A stretch of 64,000 nt of DNA from Octopus sinensis (taxonomy: Eukaryota), in assembly GCF_006345805.1 (NCBI RefSeq), contig NC_043012.1:21700001-21764000 (forward strand), given 5' to 3'. Below, piece by piece: positions 46,393 to 59,589 of this stretch (the stretch's first letter is position 1; every line of letters begins with the position of its first letter). The notes under the pieces are model-generated. The model made no database searches. It saw only the letters and a list, made by a program, of their open reading frames with translations, and was not told where the DNA came from. Made by a program: the position numbers and the translations under genes.

Positions 46393-48366
46393 CATCATCA
46401 TCGTTTAACGTCCGCTTTCCATGCTAGCATGGGTTGGATGATTTGACTGGCAGAGTTTCTACAGCTGGATGCCCTTCCTAACGCCAACCACTCTGAGAGT
46501 GTAGTGGGTACTTTTATGTGCCAGTCAGGTGGTACTGGCAACAGCCACAAATAAAAAAATCGTTTTTTTTTTTCTTTTTACATGTCACCTGCACACTGGC
46601 ACATGTGCCAGTAAGGCAGCACTGGTTATGATCACTCTCAAATGGTGCGTTTTATGTGCCACCGTCACGAATGCCAGTTAGCTGCTCTGGTAACGATCAC
46701 GTTTGGATGGTGCTCTTAGTGCTCCACTAGCATGGATGCCAGTCATCGAATTTGATTTTGATTTCACTTGCTTCAGCAGGTCTTTGCAAGCAGAGTTTAG
46801 TGTCCAAAGAAGGAAAAGGTATGCATAAGTGGGCTAGTTACACCCCTGGCTTAGGTTATGGTCTCACTTGGCTTGCCATGTCTTCTCAAGCACAGCATAT
46901 TTCCAAAAGTCTCGGTCACTGGTCATTGCCTCGGTGAGGCCTAATGTTCGAAGGTCGTGCTTCACCACTTCACCCCAGGTCTTCCTGGGTGTAACTCTTC
47001 CACAGGTTCCCTCAACCACTAGGGTGTGGCACATTTTCACACAGCTATCCTCATCTGTTCTCGCCACATGACCATACCAGTGCAGTCGTCTCTCTTGCAC
47101 ACTACATTTGATGCTTCTTAGGTCCAACTTTTCTCTCAAGGTACTTACACTCTGTCGAGTATGCACACTGACATTACACATCCATCAGATCATACTAGCT
47201 TCATTCCTCGCGAGCTTATGCATATCCTCAGCAGTCACGGCCCATGTTTCACTGCCATGTAGCATGGCTGTTCATACACATGCGTCATACAGTCTACCTT
47301 TTACTCTGAGCGTGTATCACCTGGTTAACTATACGGGTGACTAGGCTATAGGCGATACTGCCAGATATTTTGAGCATCTCTGCAGTGATTCCTGATGGAC
47401 CGGGGTCTTTTCCTGTCTTCATACTCTTAATTGCTTTATCTATCAAGGTTCTGTCAACTCGGATAGCAGGTCTCTCTGTGGGGTCGACATTTTGCAGATT
47501 CTCTTTCTCCCATTCATTTTCTTTATTCAGCAACCTTTCATAGTGGTGTCTCCAAACCTCACTCTTTGCAGCCTCGTCTAGTGCAAGTGAACCATCATCC
47601 ATGCGAACATATTTCTCTCCTACAACATGATGATTCTCTCTCACACACTGTCTTGCAACACGAAATACCTCAAGTCTTTGGTCCTCACAGCGCAGAACAT
47701 TGGCAAATTTTTTTCTATCTGCTTCTCCTCTGGGTAAATAAACCTGCCTTCTAGCTTCCCTTCTGGCAGTCTGATACAATTCCCTGCTACCACTGTTCCT
47801 CCAGTCCTTCTAAGCCTGTTTCTTTTCTCTAACCACATTGTTCCACCACCATGTTATTTTGGGTCGAGAGGGGACTTTCACCATCCACAGTTCTGGTCAG
47901 TGGCCCTCAGCAGATTGTCCCATAGAAACCTCCAGTTGTCTTCTACATTATGAAGTTATATCCTCTGCTATGTTGTCAAAGGCTTTGAGTAATATGTCTC
48001 TAAATCTCAGTCCATTGGCAGGATCTTTAAGCTTCCAGACCTTTCTCCTCCACGCTGGTCATCTTCTGGGCATACACTTAGTCCTGATCCTGAAGTCACT
48101 AACTACCAGTCTATGTTGTGGGGTACATTCTTTGCCTGGGAAGGTTTTGGCATTTATAAGCAGCCATCTTTCCCTTTTTCTGGTGAGGATGTAGTCAATT
48201 TGGCTAGTGTGTCTACCAAAACAGTAGGTGACTAGTTGACTGGCAGGTTTTCTGAAGTTAGTATTGCAAACCATAAGATCATTTGCATTGCAGAACTCCA
48301 GCAGCCTGGTTCCCTCCTCATTGCGGGAGCCAAGACCATAGCCTCTGTGTATGCCATGGAAGCCCC
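46391..48366 (-). mobile_element. RTE-clade LINE (subfamily 2) with a large internal deletion
   Basis: AP-endonuclease [30 protein letters not shown]...SQIDYIL, linker, KTGKDPGPSGITAEMLK, then a jump at ~47312 to RVKGRLYDACV and the 3' end. Confidence 0.9.
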
Positions 48367-48421
48367 TGATATGTAAATTTGTATACATATATGTATATAT
48401 ATGTAAACAGGTATATATATA

Positions 48422-48471
<50 letters not shown>

Positions 48472-48485
48472 ATATATATATGTAT

Positions 48486-48547
<62 letters not shown>

Positions 48548-48548
48548 T

Positions 48549-49262
48549 TATTTTGTAGTTTCAGTTCAGAGCTGTGGCCATGCTGGAGCCCTGCTGTTTC
48601 GCTACACTATTATTACTGAGAGTCACCTCTAATATGTGGCACTTGATGAAGAATGGAATTTGATGTAGCTACCCTCACTTGCACCTTCGCTCCAAGGAGT
48701 AGAGTCTTAGCTGTTTCAGCCTCTCCCAGGAGCTGAGTTTGGATTACATCAAGGTCCGCTGTTAATTTTACACTGTTGGGTAATGATAGCTGGGAGCTGT
48801 AATCCAGGCGACTGAGGACGAATGTCCTGCAGAAGACTGCCATGGTTTCCTTATCTCTTGGTTTTGAATGTTCTCAGGATCCATCCAGCCAGTCGTCTGC
48901 ACTTTGTTGCCATCCTGGTAATGTGCACTTAGAAAGAGGTATCATCACTCTTGTCGATACCCAGATCCCTCACTGATTTAGGCTCTGGGATTATACTTCC
49001 CTGTGGACCAGTGTAACCTGTAAGTTTCATATTTAGTTTTGGACGCTAGTAGCACAGGGCTTGGAATTTTTCAGCATTAAACTGCATATTACTATCTTTA
49101 GCTAATCTGTAAATTGAGTCCAACTCCTGCTGCAGTTGTGCAACATCGCTGGGGTTCTGTATTTTCTGTGAGGCTTTCATATCGTCTGTGTAGCTAGCAA
49201 GGCAGTTGAGGGCATATTTGAGAGGGCCACTATGAAAAGCAGTGGTCCCAAGACAGTGCCCT
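48549..49262 (-). mobile_element. CR1/L2-group LINE 3' fragment with internal deletions
   Basis: Homologous to 38343-39430 (GTVLGPLLF, YTDD, MQFNAEKFQ, RTFVLSRLDYSSQL). Confidence 0.85.
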
Positions 49263-49287
49263 GTCTTATGCTTTAATTAGACAGCAC

Positions 49288-50712
49288 ATGGATACCCTTG
49301 GCATCATCGTGGGAGGTGACTGCACCAAGGATGACAAAAAGGATGAAGAAAGTTTCAAGGGCCTAACAGTCCCTCAAAAGAACAAAACAAAAGCCATGAC
49401 TGAGAGGCCTGCAATGGACGGAAACAATGATCCTGGTCTGGCACTAAACATGTCAGAAGACCAAACAATTATGAATACCAAAGAAAAGATGAAAATAAAA
49501 TCAACAGAACAAAAACTGTTAGAAGCAAAGAAGAGTGAAAAGTTAAAGAAAGGGAAAAGTATGAAACACCAAAAAATGTTGGCATGAAACAGAAGACCCC
49601 AAACTAAAGCTAAAGGCGGTACAAGGTCAAAAGCAGGAGCATTGCAAATTTTACCAGCAAGGATACTGCTGGCATAGTGATGATGGTGCAAACTGTCACT
49701 TTGCACATCAGAAGCCCTGCCAAAACCACATGGGCCCAAGACGATATTCCCTTTCACAAGGAGGACAAAAGGAAAGGCACCAAAGAAGATAAAATGGCAC
49801 ACTATCTACTCCCGAAAGATGATATGTAGCTGTAGTATGTGGCCGAACAAAAGCCAACTTCACCCAGATGTGAAAAGGGCAGCAGCTTAACAGCAATCAT
49901 TTTTGAGCATGACTCAAAAGATTGTTCAGTAGCTGACCTGGCTTCAAATACGAACCTAGAGCTACACCCATATTGTTTCATAAGCAATATGGACATTATC
50001 CTTAATGTTAAAGTGACACCAATGCTGGTCTCAGAGCACAACATAATAGAGCTGTCTCCTGCAGACATACAGCCTATATGAAACACCCAGAATCTCTCCA
50101 AACTAAATTTTCATAAAGCAAACTGGAAGGAGGTTGAGATAGAGATCCTCAAACAGAATTGGCCTAAATGTCCCTCCACACCAGACATTGACATGAAACA
50201 AACATTTCAAGTCCATATGTATCAGATGTGTCCTAGTGTGCAAGGCCAACATACACAAAAAATAGGATCCATAGAGAAAGAAAGATTCTTATGAGACGAT
50301 GGACAAAGATTGTAGACCATCTGAACAAGCACCCCAAAAGTGGTGAGAAGTCTCACCTGGAGAGAGCACTATTGGAGATCTATTGGAGAAAAGTTTGCAT
50401 CAGTCTCATGAAAAGGAGAGAGCAGATAAAGAAGCTTGGGTTTTAGAAAATATCAAGTTGAACCCTTAAGCGTTCTTTATTTTTGTCAAAGAAACAGCCT
50501 TAGAATGCCACAAGATAGGACCCTATCTTCCAAAAAGATGGCGCCCTCACAGGAAACCCCATGAGGATAAGTGAAATACTGAACGAACAGTTCCAAAGTG
50601 TGTTCACTGCATCTCTGGGACAGGCAAGTGAACAAACCAGCAGAATTCTTTGCCATTTTACCTGTAACCAAAGAGGCAAAAACTGAGTACATCAACATTG
50701 AAGAAGATGCAC
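49288..50712 (+). mobile_element. CR1/L2-group LINE, 5'/middle part (ORF1 with CCCH finger, endonuclease end, linker)
   Basis: CKFYQQGYCWHSDDGANCHFAH; ISNMDIILNVKVTPMLVSEHNIIEL (SDH-like). 50250-50710 is homologous to 39960-40415. Confidence 0.7.
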
Positions 50713-51321
50713 TTTACTTCAAAGTAATAGGAATGATAATTTAATAAAGTTAAAATGTAGAAAAATTTGTTTCTTTTTAGATATGTATATGTGTTGTGAT
50801 AGATTTTGCAGTAAACAATCTGAAGGAAAAAAAAAACCTTTTTCTCTTTAAGATATCCTTTAATAGTACCCAAAATGAAAATTGATCCAAAATGCAGCAA
50901 AATGATTATACAACAATACTGAGCAGACAGAGACTATGCAGGTATTATTTAATAATTCTTTTACTGAAAATTTTATTCTGAAAAAGAATTACTTGATTGT
51001 GTTTATTTACTACGTGGAGTTGCAAAATATTTTCATTTCTAGTTCTGCTGAATGCTACATTGTGATGCCTGTGAGACAGGGCAGGAAAAGGCAAGTATAC
51101 TTCAACATGAGTGAATGTTTCCACTTGCTATTTTTTAATGATTATTGCAAAACTTGGAATAGCAGGAAGTTGATGTTTGTTTAAAGGAAAGTAAAGACTG
51201 ATATCACTAGGTCTTTAATTTCAGAATGAATAGTATGTATCATTTATTACATAGTGTGTGTGTGCACGCGCCTGTATATATGTATGTATACGTATATATG
51301 TGTGTACGTATGTATGTATGT

Positions 51322-51600
51322 ATCATCATCATCATTTAACATCTGTCTTCCATGCTGGCATGGGTTTGACAGGAGCTGGCCAGGTAGAAGACTTCACTAA
51401 GCTGTGTCTGTTTTGGTTGGGTTTTTACTGCAGGATTCCCTTCCTAGTACCAATCACCCCATAGAGTGGACAGAGTGCTTTTTATGTGGCACGAGCACAG
51501 GTGAGGTTACTTTAGCATGGTCTTTACAGCTGGATGCCCTTCCAAATGCCAACCACTTCAGTGTGGACTGGATGCTTTTTGCATGGTACCAGCACCTGCA
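51322..51600 (-). mobile_element. RTE 3' terminal fragment, diverged
   Basis: catcatcatttaacatctgtcttccatgctggcatggg...cagctggatgcccttcc. Confidence 0.65.
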
Positions 51601-51809
51601 GGGCCACCAAGTAACTTGGAAGACAAGGAATTTTGAGAGGGGAAGGGGCATTGGAGGATGTAATCTTGTGTCAGATGATGAAAGATTAATGTGACTGAGA
51701 GACCGAGAAGCCAAAGCAGGTGTCTTGCTATTGAGGAGGTACATGTGCGTATATATATATGTGTGTGTATATATATATGTGTGTGTGTATACATATGTAT
51801 ATAGATATG

Positions 51810-53160
51810 CAAAGTCATGGAAAACATAGTCAGAAGGAAACTGATTGCATTCCTCAAAGATAATGACTCGCTCCCTGACACTGAGCATGGTTTCCACTCA
51901 GGAAGAAGCTGCCTTACACAACTTTTGCAGCATTATGGGTGTTGAAACAACCAACAAAACGCTCAATGTGGATGTGATATATTTTGACTTTGCAAAGGCT
52001 TTTGATAAGGTTGATCATGGGATATGTCACAAGCTACAGAGACTCATCATAGTCAGAAAACCAGGGGAGCGGTTATATGACTTCTAAAAAGGTGGAAGCC
52101 AGGCTCTGACAGCCAATGGAGCCCTCTCCAAAGGGACAGTAATAGTGAGTGGAGAGCCTCATGGAACTGTATTCAGTCCACTACTGTTCATGGTGGCTCT
52201 TTCAGACATGCTATCAGTTACACAGACAGCCACACTTGCTAGTTATGCTGATGACACAAGAACAGTACAAGCAGTCGAGGAAACTTCTGGTGCTAATCTT
52301 CTACAGAAAGACCTAGATGCCATATGTAAATGGGCTGAAGAAAGCAACATGCAATTTAATTCAGGTAAATTCCAAGCCCTCTACTACCAGCTAATTGGTG
52401 CTCACATGCTGCAACAATGATACTTTGGACTAAACGGAATGGCAATCCCAGAGTCAAATACAGTGTGTGATCTGGGAATTGATATGTTTTACGTACATAT
52501 CACCAAGATGGTAGCAGTGTGGAGGCGAATGGCTAGATGGATTTTGAGAACCTTTTGAACAAGGGATCAGGAAACTACACTGGTTGTATGAAGGACATTT
52601 GTACTCTGCTGTCTGGACTACTGCTCTCAACTGTGGTCACCTACAGTGTCAAATTAATATTAGAACTTGAGGCAATTAAGCAGTGATACACCAAGAAGAT
52701 TGCATCAACAGTTGAGCTACTGGGAGCAAAGACGGGAGACGTGTGTAGTGATATATGTAGATCCTGGAGAGGCTGGCACTAAACTTTGGTATCAAGAGCT
52801 ATACCAGCCCCCAGACTGGACATCATTGCACTGTTCCGAAAGGTCCCAGCTATCCTGTCCAGAGTGAGGACCATGTAATGCTATAGCTTGGGATTCCCAT
52901 TCCACACAGCTACTTAATGTCTGGCCAAAATATCAAAGGGATCTTCATGGAATAGGGATAGATATTTTCAGGAAACATCTTGATCTTCTGCTGTCCAAGG
53001 ACCCAGATTTACCTATGTTACAGCAAGAAACTTAAGAGGCAATTGTGTCAAACCCTTTCCTTCATCAAAAGCCAATCATATAAGAATGGCCACTGAAAAG
53101 GTGATGACATTGGCGTTACTCCAACTTGGCCAGAGCCTTTGGGCTGAAACATATAAAACA
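51810..53160 (+). mobile_element. CR1/L2-group LINE RT to 3' end, decayed
   Basis: DVIYFDFAKAFDKVDHG, SGEPHGTVFSPLLF, SYADD, NMQFNSGKFQ, then the family tail. Confidence 0.88.
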
Positions 53161-53189
53161 ATATATATATGTATGATATATATATATGT

Positions 53190-53239
<50 letters not shown>

Positions 53240-53301
53240 CACATGTATATATATATACACACACTTATATATACATATACATATATACATATACATATAC
53301 A

Positions 53302-53351
<50 letters not shown>

Positions 53352-53549
53352 CATACATATATATATATACATATATATATATACACATACATATACATAT
53401 ATATACATCTATACATATACATATATATATATATGTGATCACGTGACCGACCAGACTATCAGATGTTGTTACACACCGCTGCTCACAATGCGTTTGCATT
53501 GTTTCAGCCTTCGAATGACGCCACCCCTCTGGCTAAGCGAGCAGGCCAA

Positions 53550-53590
<41 letters not shown>

Positions 53591-53789
53591 CATACATATA
53601 TATATATACATATATATATATATACACATACATATACATATATATACATCTATACATATACATATATATATATATATGTGATCACGTGACCGACCAGACT
53701 ATCAGATGTTGTTACACACCGCTGCTCACAATGCGTTTGCATTGTTTCAGCCTTCGAATGACGCCACCCCTCTGGCTAAGCGAGCAGGC

Positions 53790-53828
<39 letters not shown>

Positions 53829-53830
53829 AG
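53150..53830. repeat. (TA)n/(TACA)n array with two identical SINE C fragments (53435-53549, 53678-53792, minus strand)
   Basis: Directly visible tandem duplication. Confidence 0.92.
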
Positions 53831-53874
53831 ATACACACACAAATATCTGAGATGTACATTTAGTAAATATAAAG

Positions 53875-54090
53875 GTAGATGTTTTAAATAAACAACTTGA
53901 TCTGCTGTCCAAGATCCCAGATGCACTTATTATCAGCAAGAAAGTTCATAAGGACGCAGGTGTGTGGAACTCCCCACTTCACACCAAAAGCCAATCGCAT
54001 AAGAATGGTTACAGAAAAGGTGATTATACTGGCGGTGCTTCAGCATGGCTACGGCCTTTGGGCTGAAACATATATAAGACCAAAATAAAA
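53875..54090 (+). mobile_element. CR1/L2-group LINE 3' terminal fragment
   Basis: cttgatctgctgtccaagatcccagat...ggcggtgcttcagcatggctacggcctttgggctgaaaca; parallels 52980-53160. Confidence 0.75.
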
Positions 54091-54444
54091 AGTGCACATG
54101 CACAGGAGCAAGTTGTAATTGACGCCTATTTGTAGGCCTGTCACCAATACATGACTGAACAAGTTAATGAGAAGGCTCGAGCAGCAAACGAGCAGGCCTT
54201 GGTGTTTGTTTTACCAGGAATACTGGTTTGACAAGTAGTGTTCATTGTGCAGATAGCACTTAAGTTATATGGTCACATCGATAACATTACATGCATAGGT
54301 ATATATGCATGCATAAATATATGCACACACTTGGTTATGTACATCTACAAAGTCATGTAAAAAAAGTAATGATGCGTACGCGCGCGAGAACTAAAGGGTC
54401 ATATTCACAGGGAACATTAGTTCAGATGCAGGCCCCTACATATA

Positions 54445-54825
54445 TCATCATCATCATCGTTTAACGTCCGCTTTCCATGCTAGCATGGGTTGGACGGTTC
54501 AACTGGGGTCTGGCAAGCCCGAAGGCTGCACCAGGCCAGTCAGATCTGGCAGTGTTTCTACAGCTGGATGCCCTTCCTAACGCCAACCACTCCGAGAGTG
54601 TAGTGGGTGATTTTATGTGCCACCGACACAGGTGCCAGACGAGGCTGACAGACGGTCACGCTCGGATGGTGTTTTTTATGTGCCACCTACACAGGTGCCA
54701 GACGAGGCTGGCAGACGGCCACGCTCGGATGGTGTTTTTTATGTGCCACCGACACAGGTGCCAGACGAGGCTGGCAGACGGCCACGCTCGGATGGTGTTT
54801 TCGGTGTTTTCTTATGTGCCAGACG
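54445..54825 (-). mobile_element. RTE 3' terminal fragment containing three ~60-bp tandem units
   Basis: (CAT)n terminus; atgtgccaccgacacaggtgccagacgaggctggcagacggccacgctcggatggtgtttt occurs three times. Confidence 0.88.
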
Positions 54826-55539
54826 TACATGTTATCGATGTGACCATATAACTTAAGTGCTATCTGCACAATGAACACTCAATTACGCATTTACAAACCC
54901 TTGGAACTGTCTTAACTCAAAAAATCATGTTACTTTGCAACCGGCTTGAACAATACACACAAGAAGCAGCTAGTTAGTGTGTGATGTGAGGGAGATTAGG
55001 TTGCTTTTTTTCTACCCGTTTGAGCGAACTCTAAGTCTCCACCTCGTTTGGCTCAGTGTAATGTGTCAATGCAGTGTTGTTTAGTTTCAGGTCTATGAAT
55101 GATCCATGTGTTCCAATCGATCTCTTCACGTGTACAATGCACGGAAGGCTACACCAACTATATCTTTAAGAAAGTAGGAGTTTGATATGAGGGAGATTTG
55201 GCTACTATTTTTAGCATGCCGAACGACCGCGTAGTGTCTTCCGCAGTAAATACGCTGCAGAGTTCAGTGATGGTCATGGTTCCAATATTTGTCACGCTTC
55301 AAATGAATGTTAGTGGAGGTCCCAAAGGCTGGTAAACTTTGATTTACTCATTTAAATAAGGCGAGGATTCGTCCTTTCTAAAACAATTTAGGGAGTGTAA
55401 AAAGAAAAAAAACGAAAAAGTACCTCAGCAAAACAGCGGAACTACCGCCTCCCTACAGTCTCTCTCGCTCTATTTATACCGATGTAAATATTTACATGTG
55501 TATATATACATACATGTATACATATATGCATATTTTGTT

Positions 55540-55570
<31 letters not shown>

Positions 55571-55964
55571 ACACACACACACACATATACACTGTGTGTG
55601 TTTGTGTGAAATGGGTGTATATCTAGTATCGAGCGCAGCTAAAGCGATTCGATGACGAAACTATTCAATCAATACAGCTTTTAATGGAAACGGGATTTAA
55701 CAAGCTGGATCTTAAATATTTGAGTCCTGCTCAAGGCAACATCGTTTTAAATTAATTTTCTGATTCAAAAGATATACTCCTGACACAAAATAAGACTTTC
55801 TCATACACATGAGCCCACATATGTAGTTTGCGTCCGAAAACACGGTTTCGGTCTAATTAAGATGAAGATATATATCCTCCTCCTACAACTACTACTACCT
55901 GGTTGCTATTAGCAATAAATTACCAACTCAGGCCTTTGCTATATTTTCATTTTACTCCAGTGTG

Positions 55965-56031
<67 letters not shown>

Positions 56032-56160
56032 TTTATTCTAGAGAAGCCTTAAACCTACAGGTTTTGGGATCTGATGATACGCCGTAAAGCTTAACCCTTT
56101 ATGGACGTGAATCCTAAGGTAATCTCATAAACCGGCCTTATCTAACTTTATATATATAAA

Positions 56161-56545
56161 GTGGCTGTGTGGTAAGTAGCTTGCTAACCAACCACATGGT
56201 TCCGGGTTCAGTCCCACTGCGTGGCATCTTGGGCAAGTGTCTTCTGCTATAACCCAGGGCCGACCAATGCCTTGTGAGTGGATTTGGTAGACGGAAACTG
56301 AAAGAAGCTCGTCGTATATATGTATATATGTATGTGTGTGTGTGTTTGTCCCCCTAGCATTGCTTGACAACCGATGCTGGTGTGTTTACGTCTCCGTCAC
56401 TTAGCGGTTCGGCAAAAGAGACCGATAGAATAAGTACTGGGCTTACTAAGAATAAGTCCCGGGGTCGATTTGCTCGACTAAAGGCGGTGCTCCAGCATGG
56501 CCGCAGTCAAATGACTGAAACAAGTAAAAGAGTAAAGAGTAAAGA
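56161..56545 (+). mobile_element. SINE family A, full length
   Basis: Near-identical to 19600-19970. Confidence 0.92.
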
Positions 56546-56556
56546 TTTATATAGTA

Positions 56557-56790
56557 GAGGTGTGTGGCTTAGTGATCAGGGGGTGTTGGACTCAGGATTG
56601 TGGTTTCGATTCCTAGGTCCGGCGATGCGCCGTCTTCTTGAGCAAAATTCTTCATTTCACGTTGCTTCAGTTCATTCAGCTGGCAAGAATGAGTATCCTG
56701 CTTCGGATCGGCGCCCAGTCCATGGGGGGTGGGGTGGGGAATATATACGCATAAAGATCTGGGATACCGACCGTACGATTCTATATGACT
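56557..56790 (+). mobile_element. SINE family D
   Basis: tRNA-like head gtgtgtggcttagtgatcaggg...ggtttcgattcc; body cttcatttcacgttgcttcagttcattcagctggc. Confidence 0.6.
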
Positions 56791-57469
56791 CGGGAAGGAG
56801 CTTTATTTTTATATTTTTTAGAATACCACCAGCTTTGGCATCTCGTAAGACATACGCTGTTCTCTCTGAAAATCTTAGCCATGACCTTGCAACCCTACGT
56901 AATACATTGATATATTATTTCTCGAGTGATTTACAGAATATAACTTTTATGTCCAAGAAACACTACTTAATTGATCCATCACCTTTATCCAGACAGGGAA
57001 GTTTTTGAATTCTCTCTCACAAAATGCTATTAAAAAGTGTGTGTGTGTGTGTGTGTGTGTGACGTTGTTGACATATCACAGTTGTGATCTGTACCGCATT
57101 TACGATTGAAACGTGGCCCATAACCTGGTACAAATAGCTACCAAATTTCCCTTAAATCACAACTGCTGTCTGGGTAATGCAGTACACTATCAATAGATTA
57201 AGAAAGAAAGACGAGATGGTCGAGGCTGGAACACGTTCGATCATTTGGTTCTGCTCCTCTGACTTGGATTGTTAAACAGCATTTGCAAGCCTCTAATTGG
57301 GGTTTCGTCTCGCTAGAAACAACAGCCATTTCAATCAAATAAGGAAAGGAAACGACTGGAATGCCCTTTAATCGTAAGTCGGCGAAAGTAAAGAATACGT
57401 ACACCCGGTGTTTAGGGTTAGGGTTTTTGTTACGCCGAAAACGGGTGATGTACGCCCTCGATTAGGCGG

Positions 57470-58107
57470 TGGTACTATGGGCGGAGGTAAAAAAATCATC
57501 TTTGCGATGTTTTTTAAAAAAATTTATTTTTACAGGAACACACTATATCGAGGGCGGAGATTTCCAATCTGTAAAAAAAAAAAAAAATCTTCATTTCAAA
57601 ATTTTAATCCCCCCCAACCCACCCCGGCATAATTTTCTTAAACTTTCACTTGTGGTTGAGGGTCTTTTGGAATTAAGAGAGGTATGTAAATATTAGATTT
57701 TTACACACAATAAAATGGCATTAAAAAGATTTTTTTTCCTCTTTTGGTAATTCATATTTAAAATGTTGGTCCTCGGTTTGGCTGTTGTTTCTAGCTTGTC
57801 AGATTTCCGGTTGGGGCGGATTTAAATTTTGAATTTTTTTTCTTCTTTACTAACTAGTATTAAAATTTGAAAACGCGTTTCTAGCATGTCTGGTTTTCAA
57901 AAATTTTATTTTAAAAAGTTAAAATTTAAGAAATTTATTGGGGGGTGGGTGGGTGAAGAGGGGGGGATTTAAAATTTGAAATGCAGATTTTTTTGCATAT
58001 TCGGAATCTCCGCCCTCGATATAGTGTGTTCCTGTAAAAATAACCCCCCCTCCTCAAAAAATCCCCCAAAAGGGGGCGGTCCATGATCTTTACCTCCGCC
58101 GGTACCA
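57470..58107. mobile_element. Foldback element with long imperfect inverted arms
   Basis: tatttttacaggaacacactatatcgagggcggagatt...aaatttt (left) is mirrored on the right; ends tggtac...ggcggaggtaaa / tttacctccgcc.gtacca. Confidence 0.8.
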
Positions 58108-59554
58108 TTTGGATAAGCAAGTTCTTCATTTCATTCGTATTATCTTTCTGATCAGTTAATAAACCTTTCAGCTCGATATTTCATTATTTACTAAACTGCC
58201 GTATAAAGATGTTTACTTTGTATTAATTAGCTTCAACAAAGCAAAACTTCTTGTAGTAGCTTAATCGCATTTTAAAAATCTATATTTAGTTTTATACAGG
58301 GGTGGAGAAGGTTGCGATTCCGATCTCTTCTGTTTGGCCTTCGCTTTTCAATTCTAAAACTTCAAAAAAGTGAAGCCAAACAAGAAAAGATCCTGCGATT
58401 CTTCTTAAAGAAGCTAACGAAGGCGACTATGGTTGTTTCGACCCGCAAGAAATAGCAGTGTTATCTCTGAAAATCACATCCTATTATCTAAATAAAATCA
58501 ATGTCATAATATATATATATATATATATACGCACATATACAACATGACAAGCTGAGCACGGTTGAAACACCCTTGATCATTGATTTGTTTACTCAAGGCT
58601 CACTCACCTGTGGCTAAACTACAACAGCACCGATATGTTTCACGACATATATGTATTAAATACCACTAGCAACACCATAAATTTCTGTTAATGACACTTC
58701 CTTCACCCATTTTATTACATTAAGAGCCGATCTATTCACAACGAGGCCGCGACCCCTTACACGCTAAGATTGCAAACTCCCAGTTTATCGTGACCCAGTT
58801 TTGATATTTGGTTTTAGCTGCTATGCCTGTGCTCCATTCACTCTGATACGTTTTGTTAGTCAATAACATTTTCCCCCCAACTTCAATTTCTTCTTGGAAC
58901 TAACTCATAGAGATATCACCCTCCCCCCCATGGAAGCTGTAAGCATTAGTTTATGTCACAAATGCAAATATTCATCCAGTTGTATCGGTAGTATGTTCAT
59001 TAGAACTTTCGAATGCGACTAGTGATGTGCGTTGAAACACATCAAAATTTGAAAATATAAAGCGGAGATATTAGCAACGTCAGTGAGTGGAGAGATGGAA
59101 ACTATAATAACGTTTTCTGCTGAGAATGAATGCCCTTTATCGAAGAAAGGATATTTCGTTACCTGGAATTGTTTTATCTACGATAAGAGGTAGTTGGCAC
59201 ACACGTTAGAACATCCGACAAAATGTTACTGAATATTAGTTACGGCCCTTTACATATCCATTTCAAATCCTACCGAGGTGAACTTTGCCTTTCCGGGATC
59301 AATAATTAAGTACTGGATTGCTTTTTTATGTTCCTGTAATGCATGCATATCGGATGTGAATGGAATGACATATTGTAGAAGACTTCGCAGGCATCGATAA
59401 GCACTTCTAAATTATTAATAAATTGCACACTTTGTATAAATATAAATAAATTAAGGATTAAGAATTTTGTAAAATAAATAAATACAACCATGTAAATAAC
59501 AAATGAGAAAAGCAAGTGAATCCACTGAAAGGAACCGAACCAGCTTTTGCTTAC

Positions 59555-59589
59555 CGAGCAATATATAGCTACTAATCGAATAATATATA
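59555..59589 (-). other. Candidate 35-nt micro-exon
   Basis: Acceptor cttctcccgccctcttttgcag| and donor cg|gtaagc. Confidence 0.3.

Noticed and set aside
57412-57423. TTAGGGTTAGGG telomere-like repeat
   Set aside because: Only two units, which is expected by chance.
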